Of a stretch of DNA of 64,000 nucleotides, positions 17,023-27,034 are shown one piece after another. The position numbers and the translations under genes are program-made. Under the pieces are notes generated by a model. The model saw only the letters and a list, made by a program, of their open reading frames with translations. It searched no databases and had not been told where the DNA came from. Source of the stretch: Candidatus Aminicenantes bacterium (GTDB taxonomy: Bacteria; Acidobacteriota; Aminicenantia; S016-38). Every line of letters starts with the position of its first letter. Positions within the stretch are counted from its first letter, which is position 1. The stretch spans positions 15,695 to 79,694 of the forward strand of contig JALSNJ010000029.1 of NCBI GenBank assembly GCA_026987025.1, read 5' to 3'.

Positions 17023-18807
17023 CTATGGCAAAAGGTTCAGGAAGGCCATTTGCAGGGTGGAGAGAAAACCCCAGGTGAGCCTGGCCGGTATAGAGGATGA
17101 GGGGGCCCATTGGTTGTCAAAGGGGTTGGAGTCAATTATAAGTTTTTCCTTGGGGTCAAGCTTTACCAGAAGAATCTTCTTGTTGAACTTCCTCTTCAGC
17201 CACTTTCCCCTCCAGACGAATTTATGCACCTTCCCATCCTCCGTTTTAACCTCCACCTCCACCGGAACATCCACATCCAGTCCCTCCCGGAGCAAGATTA
17301 CCTCCTTTCCCCTAACCCTATATACCTTCCAGTTAACCTTTCCCGCCCCGTAGAACATGGGTTTCCAGAGACCGGACCAGTCCCCCAGCATCTCCTCCAG
17401 AGCCGAGAAGAAATCGCTGGAGGTGGGGTGTTTGAAGGAGAACCTGCGGAAATATTCCCTCAGGGCTGCGAAGAATTTCTCTTCCCCCACAAGCCTTTTC
17501 CATGCCTCCAGGGTGAGGGCAGCCCTGGTATATACATTGGCGGTGTAGGTTCCGGGGAAGAACTTCCAGGAAGGTTTTACTATGGGATCGGCATAGGTGC
17601 TTTTTATGTAGCCCAGCCTCAGCCTCTCGCTGTCCCTGGCCTTATACCCTAAGATGTCAAAAAACCAGGGATAGGTGTCCATGATGTTCATCTCAAAAAA
17701 TGTGTTTACCCCTTCGTCCAGCCAGGCCTCGTCGGTTTCGTTATTGGCCACAACTCCGTACCAGTATTGATGGCCGAATTCATGAACCGTTACATCCTCG
17801 GTAAACCTTATGCCCCGGGGGAGCAGATAAAGGCTTCCTCCTGTGATGAGGGTGGGATATTCCATCCCCGATGTCCTCATGGCGGAGATGTCCGGGTCCA
17901 CGATGGTTATTCTTCCGTATGGATAGGGACCGATCCTTTCGGAAAAAAACCTCAGGGCCCTCTTTATGGCCTCCAGATATCTTCCCTTCTGCCTCAGGTG
18001 AGCAGGCTGAATGTAGAGAAGAATCCTCACCCTGGGCTGAGCTTTGCTTTCGTAGTGGTCCTCTATCTTTAAGAAGTCCCGGTCGGCGGCCCAGGCAAAA
18101 TCGTGAACCTTATCCTGATGGAATTCTAAGTATTTCTTCTTCCCCTGGATTTTTTCCTTTATCAGGTCTCCGCTGGCCGCCACCTTCAATTGGGAGGGAA
18201 GGGTTATGCTTACCTCGTAGGTGGAAAAGTCAGCGTAGAACTCCCCGTTCCTGTGGTATTGATGGCATACCCAGGTGCCGTCACTTTCCAGAACCCCCAG
18301 CTTGGGAAACCACTGGGAGATGAAGTAATAACCTTCCCCCACCCCTGACCTGGCGAAGGCCTTGGGCATTTTGGTGGTGAAGCGAACCTGAATGGAGATT
18401 TTCTCCCCCGGGGGAACTTCCCGGGGAAGCTCTGCTTCCGCCACGGTCCTGTCCTTTTCGTTCTCGTCATCAGGATGGACGAACTTCAGGCTGGAGGTTA
18501 TGTCCTGACCGTCTACCTTCAGGCTTTCAATCCTTTCCTCTCCCCACCATTCCCTGTGCTTTTTCCACTTGCTGGGAAGTCCTCCTATCTCCTCCATAAA
18601 ACTGGAGCCTTCCCGGAAGGCGTTCTGGTAGAGGTGAAAATATAGTTTCTTGACCGGGGAGGAGGATGTGTTTTCCCAGGTTATTTCTTCCTCGCCCCTT
18701 ACAAAGACCTTGTACCCTCCCTTTACCTCCAGTGAAACCTTTATTTTGTAAGAAAGGGCCCCGGAGAAAAGGAGGGAGGATAGAAAGAGAAGGAGAATTT
18801 TTCTCAT
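17023..18807 (-). CDS. Secreted M1-family zinc aminopeptidase
   Basis: Signal peptide, SGMEYP, HEFGHQYW...NE...WLDEG. Confidence 0.92.
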   Translation of the reverse strand: MRKILLLFLSSLLFSGALSYKIKVSLEVKGGYKVFVRGEEEITWENTSSSPVKKLYFHLYQNAFREGSSFMEEIGGLPSKWKKHREWWGEERIESLKVDGQDITSSLKFVHPDDENEKDRTVAEAELPREVPPGEKISIQVRFTTKMPKAFARSGVGEGYYFISQWFPKLGVLESDGTWVCHQYHRNGEFYADFSTYEVSITLPSQLKVAASGDLIKEKIQGKKKYLEFHQDKVHDFAWAADRDFLKIEDHYESKAQPRVRILLYIQPAHLRQKGRYLEAIKRALRFFSERIGPYPYGRITIVDPDISAMRTSGMEYPTLITGGSLYLLPRGIRFTEDVTVHEFGHQYWYGVVANNETDEAWLDEGVNTFFEMNIMDTYPWFFDILGYKARDSERLRLGYIKSTYADPIVKPSWKFFPGTYTANVYTRAALTLEAWKRLVGEEKFFAALREYFRRFSFKHPTSSDFFSALEEMLGDWSGLWKPMFYGAGKVNWKVYRVRGKEVILLREGLDVDVPVEVEVKTEDGKVHKFVWRGKWLKRKFNKKILLVKLDPKEKLIIDSNPFDNQWAPSSSIPARLTWGFLSTLQMAFLNLLP

Positions 18808-18849
18808 GGCAGTTAAATTATACGGAAAAAGGGGACGGAAAGTTAAAAA

Positions 18850-19332
18850 TTACATCTTATACTTCCCGAAGTCTTCGGGAGAAAGCCCTTCAAGCCATTC
18901 CTTCAGGTCCACCTCCCCCTCGGTCTCCGGAGCCGGAAGGATGGAGGCCTCCTCAAAGACCTTTTCTTCCACGAAGACAGGGGCTGAGACCCTCACCGCC
19001 AAGGCAATGGCGTCGGAGGGCCTTGAGTCTATTTTTATTACTTCTCCCCCTTTCCTTATGTAAATTTTCCCGTAGAAGGTTCCATCCCTCAGGTCATCCA
19101 CCACCACTTTCTCAACCCTTCCCCCTAAGGCTTCCACCACCGAGGCCAGAAGGTCATGGGTCATGGGCCTGGGGGAACTCACATTCTCCAGCTTCATGGC
19201 AATGGCGTTGGCCTCAAAGATCCCTATCCATATGGGAAGAACTCTGTTGGATAGCTCATCCTTCAATATTATCACCGGAGTGTTGGAGGTGGGGTCCAAG
19301 ACCACCCCATAAACCACCACTTCAATCTCCAT
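18850..19332 (-). CDS. Bifunctional nuclease family protein (DUF151)
   Basis: LPIWIG.FEA.AI, RPMTHDL, DSRPSDAIALA. Confidence 0.93.
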   Translation of the reverse strand: MEIEVVVYGVVLDPTSNTPVIILKDELSNRVLPIWIGIFEANAIAMKLENVSSPRPMTHDLLASVVEALGGRVEKVVVDDLRDGTFYGKIYIRKGGEVIKIDSRPSDAIALAVRVSAPVFVEEKVFEEASILPAPETEGEVDLKEWLEGLSPEDFGKYKM

Positions 19333-19360
19333 TTTTTCCTCCTATCATGTATATGATAGG

Positions 19361-19843
19361 TCAGGGGAGTTCAATTTCAACCTTTTTTATGGCCTGATAG
19401 GGAAGCAGCCTTCTGGCCAGGTGGAACAGGCTCTCCCCTCCCACCGACAGGTCCCCTTCTATCTCCAGGATGGGGAGGATGAAGAAAAGCCTGTTCTTCA
19501 GGTCGTAGTGGGGTATCTTCACCCTGGGGCTCTTCACTTCCCCCCCGGACCAGAGGACGATATCCAGGTCCAGGGTTCGGGGACCCCATTTATTTCCACC
19601 CCTTTTTCTTCCCGCCTCCTCCTCTATTCCCTGAAGAATCTCAAGAACCTTCTCAGGAAGGAGATCTGTTTCAATTTTTACCACCATGTTGTAGAAGTTG
19701 GGCTGCGCTTGATACCCGTAAGGTTCGGATTCGTAAACCGAGGAGGCAGCCACAATCCGGAACCTTTCCCTTAACCTCCTTAAGGCCAGCCTTAAATTTT
19801 CTTCCTTGTTGATGTTGGTGCCTATGGCAATGATGTAGTTCAT
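19361..19843 (-). CDS. folK: 2-amino-4-hydroxy-6-hydroxymethyldihydropteridine diphosphokinase
   Basis: IGTN, SSVYESEP, QPNFYN, WGPRTLDLDI, IPH. Confidence 0.95.
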   Translation of the reverse strand: MNYIIAIGTNINKEENLRLALRRLRERFRIVAASSVYESEPYGYQAQPNFYNMVVKIETDLLPEKVLEILQGIEEEAGRKRGGNKWGPRTLDLDIVLWSGGEVKSPRVKIPHYDLKNRLFFILPILEIEGDLSVGGESLFHLARRLLPYQAIKKVEIELP

Positions 19844-21006
19844 CCTTTTATCCCCTTGGCTAAATCTAAGCTCATTTTGTTAATTTTAATATCGTGCACC
19901 CTTATTAAAGAAACTCCCTTCAAAGCCAAATAGAAGGTTAAAGAGGCAGAGGGGGCAGCCCTTTCCTCCACTTCCGCCCCTGTTAAGACTCCGATGAAAC
20001 TTTTTCTTGAATGACCTACCAGCACAGGATATCCCAGGGAAGCGAAAGCCTCAATGCTCCTCAGGATTTCCAGGTTGTCCTCCAGCCTTTTACCGAATCC
20101 TATCCCCGGGTCCACGGCAATATTTTCTATCCCCGCCTCCTGGGCGAAGGCCGCTCTTTCCTTCAGGAACAGAAGGATTTCCTTTACAGCGTCTTCATAA
20201 TGGGGGCTTTTCTGCATGTCCCTGGGTTTTCCCTTTATGTGCATCAAAATTACCGGGACCTTATATCTGGCGGCCACCTCTGCCATGGCGGGGTCGAACC
20301 TCAGGGCGGAGATATCGTTGATTATGTCCGCCCCCTCCTCTAAGGCGGCCCTGGCCACCTCCGCTTTATATGTATCCACGGAGATGGGGAGGTCCACCCT
20401 CTTCCTTACTTCCCTCACCGCTGGAACTACCCTTTTCAGCTCTTCTTCCAGGGGCACGGGTTCTGCTCCTGGCCTTGTGGATTCTCCGCCTATATCTATG
20501 AAGTCAGCACCCTCCTCGGCCATCCTCTCTGCAATTTCTCCGGCCCTTTCCGGGTTAATTCTGGAACCCCTATAAAAAGAATCGGGGGTAACATTGATGA
20601 TCCCCATAAGATAGGTGTTCTCCTCCATATTATAAGTTTTTCCCCTGAGACCCCACTCCTTTGCTTTTTGCTTTAACTGGGCGAGGAGAGCTTCACCGGT
20701 TTCCCTGAGGCCCCAGTAGTTCATCTGCAGAAGCTTCCTGGCGGCCCTGGAGATCTGCGCCCTGGTTCCCATGAGGATCACATCGGTTTTTTCAATTTTG
20801 CAATTTATCGCATGGCGATGCACCGCTGCGTCCCCCCCAGCCGAGAGCATCTCCTGCTTGATTATGTTGGCCGCCGGGGATGAGAGAGCTGTCAGTTTGA
20901 AGAAGAGCATCTTTGACTTAGCCTCAAATATGGGCAGGGAGGCGGTATCAATCCCCACCCTTTCTATCTCCTTTCTCAAGGAAAGCTCGGATATCCTATA
21001 GACCAT
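19840..21006 (-). CDS. folP: Dihydropteroate synthase with an N-terminal extension of about 130 aa
   Basis: MGIINVTPDSF, DIGGESTRPGA, SVDTYK, DPGIGFGK, SRKSF, RVHD; start ATG 21006 overlaps the folE2 end. Confidence 0.93.
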   Translation of the reverse strand: MVYRISELSLRKEIERVGIDTASLPIFEAKSKMLFFKLTALSSPAANIIKQEMLSAGGDAAVHRHAINCKIEKTDVILMGTRAQISRAARKLLQMNYWGLRETGEALLAQLKQKAKEWGLRGKTYNMEENTYLMGIINVTPDSFYRGSRINPERAGEIAERMAEEGADFIDIGGESTRPGAEPVPLEEELKRVVPAVREVRKRVDLPISVDTYKAEVARAALEEGADIINDISALRFDPAMAEVAARYKVPVILMHIKGKPRDMQKSPHYEDAVKEILLFLKERAAFAQEAGIENIAVDPGIGFGKRLEDNLEILRSIEAFASLGYPVLVGHSRKSFIGVLTGAEVEERAAPSASLTFYLALKGVSLIRVHDIKINKMSLDLAKGIKG

Positions 21007-21772
21007 TGGATTGTTCCACGCAGGCATAGGCATTGTGATTGTGGATGGATTCAAAATTCTCCACCTCCACCTTGAACCAGGAGATCCTTTTGTCTTCCCT
21101 CAGGGCTAAAGCTATATCCCTGGCGGCGTCCTCCACGAATTTTGGGTTGTCGTAGGCCCTTTCGGTTATGTATTTTTCGTCCTCCCTCTTGAGCAGGGAA
21201 AAGAGGGGGGCGCTGGCCGCCCTTTCTGCCACCTCCACCAGCTCTTCAAACCATACCAATTTCCTCATCCTTACCCTCAATCGGGCAATTCCCCTCTGAT
21301 TGTGGGCTCCCCTTTCCGATATTTCCTTAGAACAGGGACAAAGGTTGTGGACCGGGACATTGACCTCCACCACCAGGTCAAATTTTTCTTCGGTTTTCGT
21401 CCCTATGAGCCCGCAGGTATAGTTCATGTAGCTCTCTATCCCAGAGACCGGAGCCTTTTTCCTTATAAAATAAGGAAAGCGAAGTTCAATGTGGGATGTG
21501 GAGGCGTTAAAGGCCCTCCTTATATCCTCCAGTATTTTTTCTATGTTATGTATTGCCATGGTGTTTTTGTGTCTTTCCAGCACCTCTATGAACCTTGACA
21601 TGTGGGTTCCCCGGAATTCCTTGGGCAGGTCCACATACATACTTACCCTGGCCACGGTGGCCTGATACTTGTTTTTTCTGTCCAGGACCTTTATGGGATA
21701 AAGCAAATCCTTAATTCCTACCTTGTTTAATGGGACTTCCCTGGTGTCCCTCTGGGATTGGACATCTTTCAT
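20996..21772 (-). CDS. folE2: GTP cyclohydrolase IB (FolE2)
   Basis: DVQ, VGI, GTHMSRF, LCPCSKEIS, GAHNQR, KREDEK, FVED, ESIHNHNA. Confidence 0.95.
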   Translation of the reverse strand: MKDVQSQRDTREVPLNKVGIKDLLYPIKVLDRKNKYQATVARVSMYVDLPKEFRGTHMSRFIEVLERHKNTMAIHNIEKILEDIRRAFNASTSHIELRFPYFIRKKAPVSGIESYMNYTCGLIGTKTEEKFDLVVEVNVPVHNLCPCSKEISERGAHNQRGIARLRVRMRKLVWFEELVEVAERAASAPLFSLLKREDEKYITERAYDNPKFVEDAARDIALALREDKRISWFKVEVENFESIHNHNAYACVEQSNGL

Positions 21773-21790
21773 AATAAAAAATTTAAAGAG

Positions 21791-21864
21791 CACGCCCGGA
21801 GGGACTCGAACCCCCAACCAACTGATTCGTAGTCAGCCGCTCTATCCAATTGAGCTACGGGCGC
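21791..21864 (-). tRNA. tRNA-Arg(ACG), CCA not encoded
   Basis: GCGCCCGTAGCTCAATTGGATAGAGCGGCTGACTACGAATCAGTTGGTTGGGGGTTCGAGTCCCTCCGGGCGTG; anticodon loop CTACGAA; upstream TGATATAAT. Confidence 0.95.
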
Positions 21865-21889
21865 GCCCAGTTTTATATTATATCATGTC

Positions 21890-22663
21890 TCAAGGCCTTC
21901 GGAAATTCCACTCCCTGGAGGAGTACTTTTCCACCAGGGGTTTCAGGGCATATGTGTCAAAACCCTTTTCTACGATTTTAGCCCTGAACTTTCGGCGGAA
22001 AGCTTCCGCTATCCTTTCCACCATTTCTTCCCTGGGGGGAACCTTATCCAGGACCTCCGAAAGGGAATAAAAACTCTCTTTCAACAGGGAAAGGGGGGTT
22101 CTTGTGGCCCTGGCTATCTTTTCCCTTATGTAGTTTATGGGTATGGTTCCGTGAATCAGGAAAACCTCCTTTTTTTTCTTCATGGCCCCGGATACCAGTT
22201 TCCTTCCCCTTACCTTTATCTCCCACCTTCCGGGAAAGGAAAAACAGGCCACCTCCTGGCGGGAAAACTCGCCGTATTTATTGTTGGCCAGTTTCACCTC
22301 CAGACCCAGGCCCTCTAAGAAAAGGGATAGGGCTTCGGATACCAGAAGGTAGGGATAATAGGGGGAGGGATTGGAGAAGAAAAGGGGTTCCCTGCTGGCC
22401 ACCGCGTATGTTATTTCGTTGTGGTGAAGAACTGCCTTGCCTCCGGTGATCCGCCGGACGAAGGGAATACCTTCCCTCTCCATGTAATCCAGATCCAGGG
22501 CCCTGCTTACCGGCTGGGAAAAACCTACCGTCACCGTGGGGCAGCACCAATCGTATAGCCGCAGGTGTATGCCTCCAGCCCTGCTGGCTTCCATCAAGTA
22601 TTCGTCCTTGGCCATGTTGAGGGGGCCGGATTCCCGGCCCCCCCTGTAAAGGTATATCTTCAA
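21890..22663 (-). CDS. Lipoate-protein ligase A / LipM-like octanoyltransferase
   Basis: NMAKDE, LRLY.W, RRITGGKAVLH, EITY, ACF, GRKLVSGA. Confidence 0.85.
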   Translation of the reverse strand: MKIYLYRGGRESGPLNMAKDEYLMEASRAGGIHLRLYDWCCPTVTVGFSQPVSRALDLDYMEREGIPFVRRITGGKAVLHHNEITYAVASREPLFFSNPSPYYPYLLVSEALSLFLEGLGLEVKLANNKYGEFSRQEVACFSFPGRWEIKVRGRKLVSGAMKKKKEVFLIHGTIPINYIREKIARATRTPLSLLKESFYSLSEVLDKVPPREEMVERIAEAFRRKFRAKIVEKGFDTYALKPLVEKYSSREWNFRRP

Positions 22664-22666
22664 TCC

Positions 22667-24172
22667 CTATTCTACTTTGACTATCTCGTCGGTATCTATC
22701 TGGGCCCTCTGGAGCCTTCCGCTGAAGTCAATGTAGACGGACTTCCACTCTGTGAATATGTCTATGACCGTATGTCCCCCTTCCCTGTGTCCGTTTCCCG
22801 TCTGATTTACCCCTCCGAAGGGGAGATGAACCTCTGCGCCTATGGTAGGAGCGTTCACATAGGTTATACCGGTGTAAATGTCCCTTATGGCTATAAAGGC
22901 CTTCTTTATGTCGTTGGTATAGATGGAGGAACTCAATCCGTACCTTGAATTGTTGGCTATTTCTATGGCGTGCTCTAAGGAATCGGCGGGTATTACGGAA
23001 ACTACGGGACCGAAGATCTCCTCCTGGGCTATCCTCATGTCCGGGTCCACATCGGCGAAGATGGTGGGGGCCACGAACCACCCCTTATCGTAGTCTCCGC
23101 CGGTAAGCCTGTATCCTCCGATGAGCAGTTTTGCCCCTTCGCTTTTTCCTATCTCAATGTAGGAGAGCACCTTGTTCATCTGGGATTCGTTGATGAGGGG
23201 ACCCACATCGGTTTTGGGGTCCAGCCCGTTTCCAATTCTCAGCCTTTTAACCCTCTCCACATACATGTCCAGAAACTGCTTGTATACCTTCTTGTGGACT
23301 ATGACCCTTGAGGTGGCGGTGCAGCGCTGACCGGTGGTTCCAAAACCTCCCCAGGTGGCTCCGTCCACTGCCAGCTCCAGGTTGGCATCGTCCATAACTA
23401 TCTGGGCGTTCTTTCCACCCATCTCTAAGGAAACCTTCTTAAACAGGCTGGCCCCCTTAGAGCCTATGTGTTTTCCCACCTCGGAGGAGCCGGTGAAGGA
23501 TATTACCTTTACATAGGGGTGGGTTATGAGGCTCTCGCCAACCACGGCCCCGGAGCCGGTAACCAAATTCACCACCCCCTTAGGAACCCCGGCCTCCACC
23601 AGGGTTTTGACGAAATTGTATGCGGAAAGCGGGGTGTCGGTGGCGGGCTTGAAAACCACAGTGTTTCCTGCCACCAGAGCGGGTATTATCTTCCAGGAGG
23701 GTATGGCCATGGGGAAGTTCCAGGGGGTTATGATGGCCGCAACCCCCATGGGTATTCTTACCGACATCTGGAACTTCAGGGGAAGTTCCGAGGGGGTGGT
23801 AAAGCCGTAAAGGCGGCGTCCTTCCCCTGCGATAAAGAAGCTCATGTCAATGGCTTCCTGAACATCGCCTCTGGTTTCGGGGAGAATTTTCCCCATCTCC
23901 TTAGTTTCGTCCCGGGCAAAATCCTCCTTTCTCTCCACCAGCATCTGGGCGGCCCTGAATATGATCTCCGCCCTCTTGGGTGCGGGAACAAGCCTCCATT
24001 TTTTGTAAGCCCTCTGGGCTGCCTCCACCGCAGCTTCCACATCCTCCTTGGTGGATTTCTGGAACAGACCTATTACCTCATCCCAGTTGGCGGGGTTGCG
24101 GTTCTCATAAACCTCCCCGGAGGAAGAATCCACCCACTCGCCATCAATGAAATTCTTGTAAACCTCAGCCAT
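22667..24172 (-). CDS. NAD(P)-dependent aldehyde dehydrogenase
   Basis: [36 protein letters not shown]. Confidence 0.95.
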   Translation of the reverse strand: MAEVYKNFIDGEWVDSSSGEVYENRNPANWDEVIGLFQKSTKEDVEAAVEAAQRAYKKWRLVPAPKRAEIIFRAAQMLVERKEDFARDETKEMGKILPETRGDVQEAIDMSFFIAGEGRRLYGFTTPSELPLKFQMSVRIPMGVAAIITPWNFPMAIPSWKIIPALVAGNTVVFKPATDTPLSAYNFVKTLVEAGVPKGVVNLVTGSGAVVGESLITHPYVKVISFTGSSEVGKHIGSKGASLFKKVSLEMGGKNAQIVMDDANLELAVDGATWGGFGTTGQRCTATSRVIVHKKVYKQFLDMYVERVKRLRIGNGLDPKTDVGPLINESQMNKVLSYIEIGKSEGAKLLIGGYRLTGGDYDKGWFVAPTIFADVDPDMRIAQEEIFGPVVSVIPADSLEHAIEIANNSRYGLSSSIYTNDIKKAFIAIRDIYTGITYVNAPTIGAEVHLPFGGVNQTGNGHREGGHTVIDIFTEWKSVYIDFSGRLQRAQIDTDEIVKVE

Positions 24173-24599
24173 TTTTCACCTCCGGTTTTGAAGGGGCCGG
24201 GGCGGCTGCTCCTCCTCCCATTTCCACGGTTCCCCGGAAAACCGCCCCTTCTTCAATCACCAGTTTGTCCGTTATTATCTTTCCCTGGACCTTTCCTGTG
24301 GGGGTTATTATGGTCTTGAGCCTTGTGGTGATGTCTCCTTCCACCTTGCCCTCAATTTTTACCTCCGCGGCCTTGATGTTTCCCTTGACCTCGCCCTCCT
24401 GGCGGATGTGCACAGCCCTCTCGGATTCAATATTTCCCTGGACCTTTCCCTGGATCTCCATTTCCTCCCTGGAGACGATGTTTCCTTTGATCTCCACCGT
24501 TTTACCGATAAAGGTCCTGCCTGTGGCAGGTGCCCCGGTGGGGGGATAAGAAGGGGTGAACTTCTCCCCCATTTCAGCTTCCTTTTTTCCAATAACCAT
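24165..24599 (-). CDS. Bactofilin (polymer-forming cytoskeletal protein)
   Basis: T.IG...IKGNI...[23 protein letters not shown]; SD AGGAGG. Confidence 0.9.
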   Translation of the reverse strand: MVIGKKEAEMGEKFTPSYPPTGAPATGRTFIGKTVEIKGNIVSREEMEIQGKVQGNIESERAVHIRQEGEVKGNIKAAEVKIEGKVEGDITTRLKTIITPTGKVQGKIITDKLVIEEGAVFRGTVEMGGGAAAPAPSKPEVKNG

Positions 24600-24701
24600 T
24601 TTATCCTCCTTTTATTAGGATTTTCCTCACAGAGGAAAATTTTAGAATACTGAGGTGAAAACTTCAAATAGAGTATAATAAAAAGAAAAAGGAAGGGAAG
24701 A

Positions 24702-25181
24702 ATGGTCAAGTATTACGAAGGAAATCTTAAAGGGGAAGGATTAAGGGTAGGGATAGTGGTCTCCCGGTTTAACGGGAGGATAACCTCCAGGCTCTTAGAA
24801 GGAGCCCTGGAGGCCTTGGAAAAAACCGGGGTTAAGAAGGAGAACATAGAAGTGTGGAAAACCCCGGGTTCCTTTGAAATTCCCCTGGTGGCGAAGAGGA
24901 TGGCCCGGAGGGAAAACGGAAGGCCTGATGCCATAATCTGCCTTGGAGCCATTATCCGTGGGGAGACCCCCCATTTTGACTTCGTGGCTTCGGAGGTGGC
25001 CAAGGGGATCTCCCAGGTTTCCTTAGAAACGGGGGTTCCCTTGATTTTCGGGGTCATCACCGCCGATACCAAAGAGCAGGCCGAGGAAAGGGCCGGAGGA
25101 AAGATGGGCAACCGCGGGTATGAAGCAGCCCTCTCCGCTGTGGAGGTGGCCAACCTTCTCAGGAGTGAAGCCAACTTATGA
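24702..25181 (+). CDS. ribH: 6,7-dimethyl-8-ribityllumazine synthase
   Basis: [31 protein letters not shown]. Confidence 0.96.
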   Translation: MVKYYEGNLKGEGLRVGIVVSRFNGRITSRLLEGALEALEKTGVKKENIEVWKTPGSFEIPLVAKRMARRENGRPDAIICLGAIIRGETPHFDFVASEVAKGISQVSLETGVPLIFGVITADTKEQAEERAGGKMGNRGYEAALSAVEVANLLRSEANL

Positions 25182-25573
25182 AGAAGGAGAGGAGGATTGC
25201 CAGGGAATTGGCCCTGCAATACCTTTTCCCTCTGGAGATGGGAGGGGAGCCGGATTCGGCCCTGAAGAAGAGGTTGCAAAACTGCCAGGACGAAATTTGC
25301 TCCTATGCCAGGTTTTTGGTGAGGGGTGTTATGGAGAGGAAGGAGGAGCTGGAGGAGAGGCTTTCCTCCAGCTCCAAGAAGAACTTCCATAGCCTTCTGC
25401 CCATAGAGAAGGTCATACTACGCCTGGGAGCTCTGGAGTTGCTCTCGGGGCTGAAACCCTCCATTGCCATAAACGAAGCGGTGGAGCTGGCGAAGAAGTA
25501 CGGGGAGCCTTCCTCCTTCAGGCTGATAAACGGGGTTCTGGATACCTTGGCAAAATCCTTAAAGGAGGTTTAA
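25178..25573 (+). CDS. nusB: Transcription antitermination factor NusB
   Basis: [28 protein letters not shown]; follows ribH. Confidence 0.93.
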   Translation: MKKERRIARELALQYLFPLEMGGEPDSALKKRLQNCQDEICSYARFLVRGVMERKEELEERLSSSSKKNFHSLLPIEKVILRLGALELLSGLKPSIAINEAVELAKKYGEPSSFRLINGVLDTLAKSLKEV

Positions 25574-27034
25574 GTGCAGGAAAAGGAAGCCAGAAAGGAA
25601 AACCTTAAAAAACTTCAGGACCTGGGATATAGCCCCCATCCCTATTCCTTCCCGGCCGAGGATACTGTTAGCAAAATAGTTGAAAAATTCAAAGATGAAC
25701 GGGACGAGGAGAGGCTGAAAAAGGTCCATGTCAGGACCGCCGGAAGGATACTTACCCTTCGGAGGATGGGAAGGGCCACCTTTTTGCACATTTCCGATGG
25801 CCTTGAGAAGCTCCAGGTTTTCCTGAGGGAGAACGAGCTGGGTAAGGAAAAATACAGGCATTTCAGGTACTTCAATATAGGGGACTGGATCGGTGTAGAA
25901 GGGATTTTGTTCCGGACCAAAACCGGCGAACTCACCGTTCTCGCCAGAGACTTTACCCTTTTGGCCAAGGCCCTTCTCCCTCTGCCTGAGAAATGGCACG
26001 GGCTTCAGGATGTGGAGGTGAGGTTCAGAAAAAGATACCTGGACCTTATAGTGAATAGAAGGAGCCGGAAGGTCTTTGAAACGAGGGCCAGGCTCCTTCA
26101 ACTCATAAGAAATTTCTTCCTTTCCAGGGGCTTTTTAGAGGTGGAAACCCCCATGATGCACCCGGTGCTGGGGGGAGCTGCAGCCAAACCCTTCCGCACC
26201 CATCACAATGCCCTGGATATGGACCTTTACCTCAGGATAGCTCCGGAGCTTTACCTGAAAAGGCTGGTGGTGGGGGGAATGGAAAGGGTCTTTGAGATAG
26301 GAAGAAATTTCCGAAACGAAGGCCTCTCCGCCCAGCACAACCCCGAATTCACCATGCTTGAGTTTTACTGGGCCTATAAAGATTACCTGTTTCTCATGGA
26401 CCTTACCGAGGAGCTCTTCCAGGAGCTCGCTGTTTCCGTATGGGGTGGGTTGCAGGGCAGCTACCAGGGCAGGGAACTGGACCTTTCCCCTCCCTGGCGA
26501 AGGATAAAGTTCATGGATTCCTTAGCGGAGGCTCTGGGGGTGGAGAAGGAGATGCTGTGGGATGAGAAGTGGGTCCTGAGCAGGGCCAGGGAGGAATTTC
26601 CCGAGGATGCAGGCCCTCCTCCCTCCACCTACGGTAAGGCCCTGGATTTTCTCTTTGACCTCCACATAAAGGAGAAACTCTGGGACCCTACCTTCGTGAT
26701 GGACCACCCCAAGGTTATCTCCCCCTTGGCCAAGGAACATAGAGAGGACCCCAGACTTACCGAAAGGTTTGAGCTTATAATGGCTGGCATGGAGATAGCC
26801 AACGCCTTCTCAGAGCTTACGGACCCGGAGGAACAGAGGGCGAGGTTTGAGGAGCAGGTCCGCAGGAAGGAGGAAGGGGCGGAGGTGGATCTGGATTACA
26901 TAGAGGCCCTGAGCTACGGCCTTCCCCCCACGGCCGGTGAGGGGATCGGAATAGACAGGACCGTAATGATTTTCACCGATTCCCCTAATATAAGGGAGGT
27001 TATCCTCTTTCCTCTTATGAGGAAGAAAGGATGA
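25574..27034 (+). CDS. lysS: Lysine--tRNA ligase (class II)
   Basis: GELTV, RYLDL, YLRIAPELYLKRL, FRNEG, HNPEFT, GEGIGIDR. Confidence 0.97.
   Translation: MQEKEARKENLKKLQDLGYSPHPYSFPAEDTVSKIVEKFKDERDEERLKKVHVRTAGRILTLRRMGRATFLHISDGLEKLQVFLRENELGKEKYRHFRYFNIGDWIGVEGILFRTKTGELTVLARDFTLLAKALLPLPEKWHGLQDVEVRFRKRYLDLIVNRRSRKVFETRARLLQLIRNFFLSRGFLEVETPMMHPVLGGAAAKPFRTHHNALDMDLYLRIAPELYLKRLVVGGMERVFEIGRNFRNEGLSAQHNPEFTMLEFYWAYKDYLFLMDLTEELFQELAVSVWGGLQGSYQGRELDLSPPWRRIKFMDSLAEALGVEKEMLWDEKWVLSRAREEFPEDAGPPPSTYGKALDFLFDLHIKEKLWDPTFVMDHPKVISPLAKEHREDPRLTERFELIMAGMEIANAFSELTDPEEQRARFEEQVRRKEEGAEVDLDYIEALSYGLPPTAGEGIGIDRTVMIFTDSPNIREVILFPLMRKKG

Noticed and set aside
21773-21817. folE2 upstream start MGVRVPPG, and likewise the kinase start MPVGVRVPS at 46031 and the 46024 ORF
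   Set aside because: These are translations of tRNA T-arm sequence, not real N-termini
24600-24701. FMN riboswitch upstream of ribH
   Set aside because: The region is short and AT-rich, has TATAAT close to the start, and shows no RFN consensus
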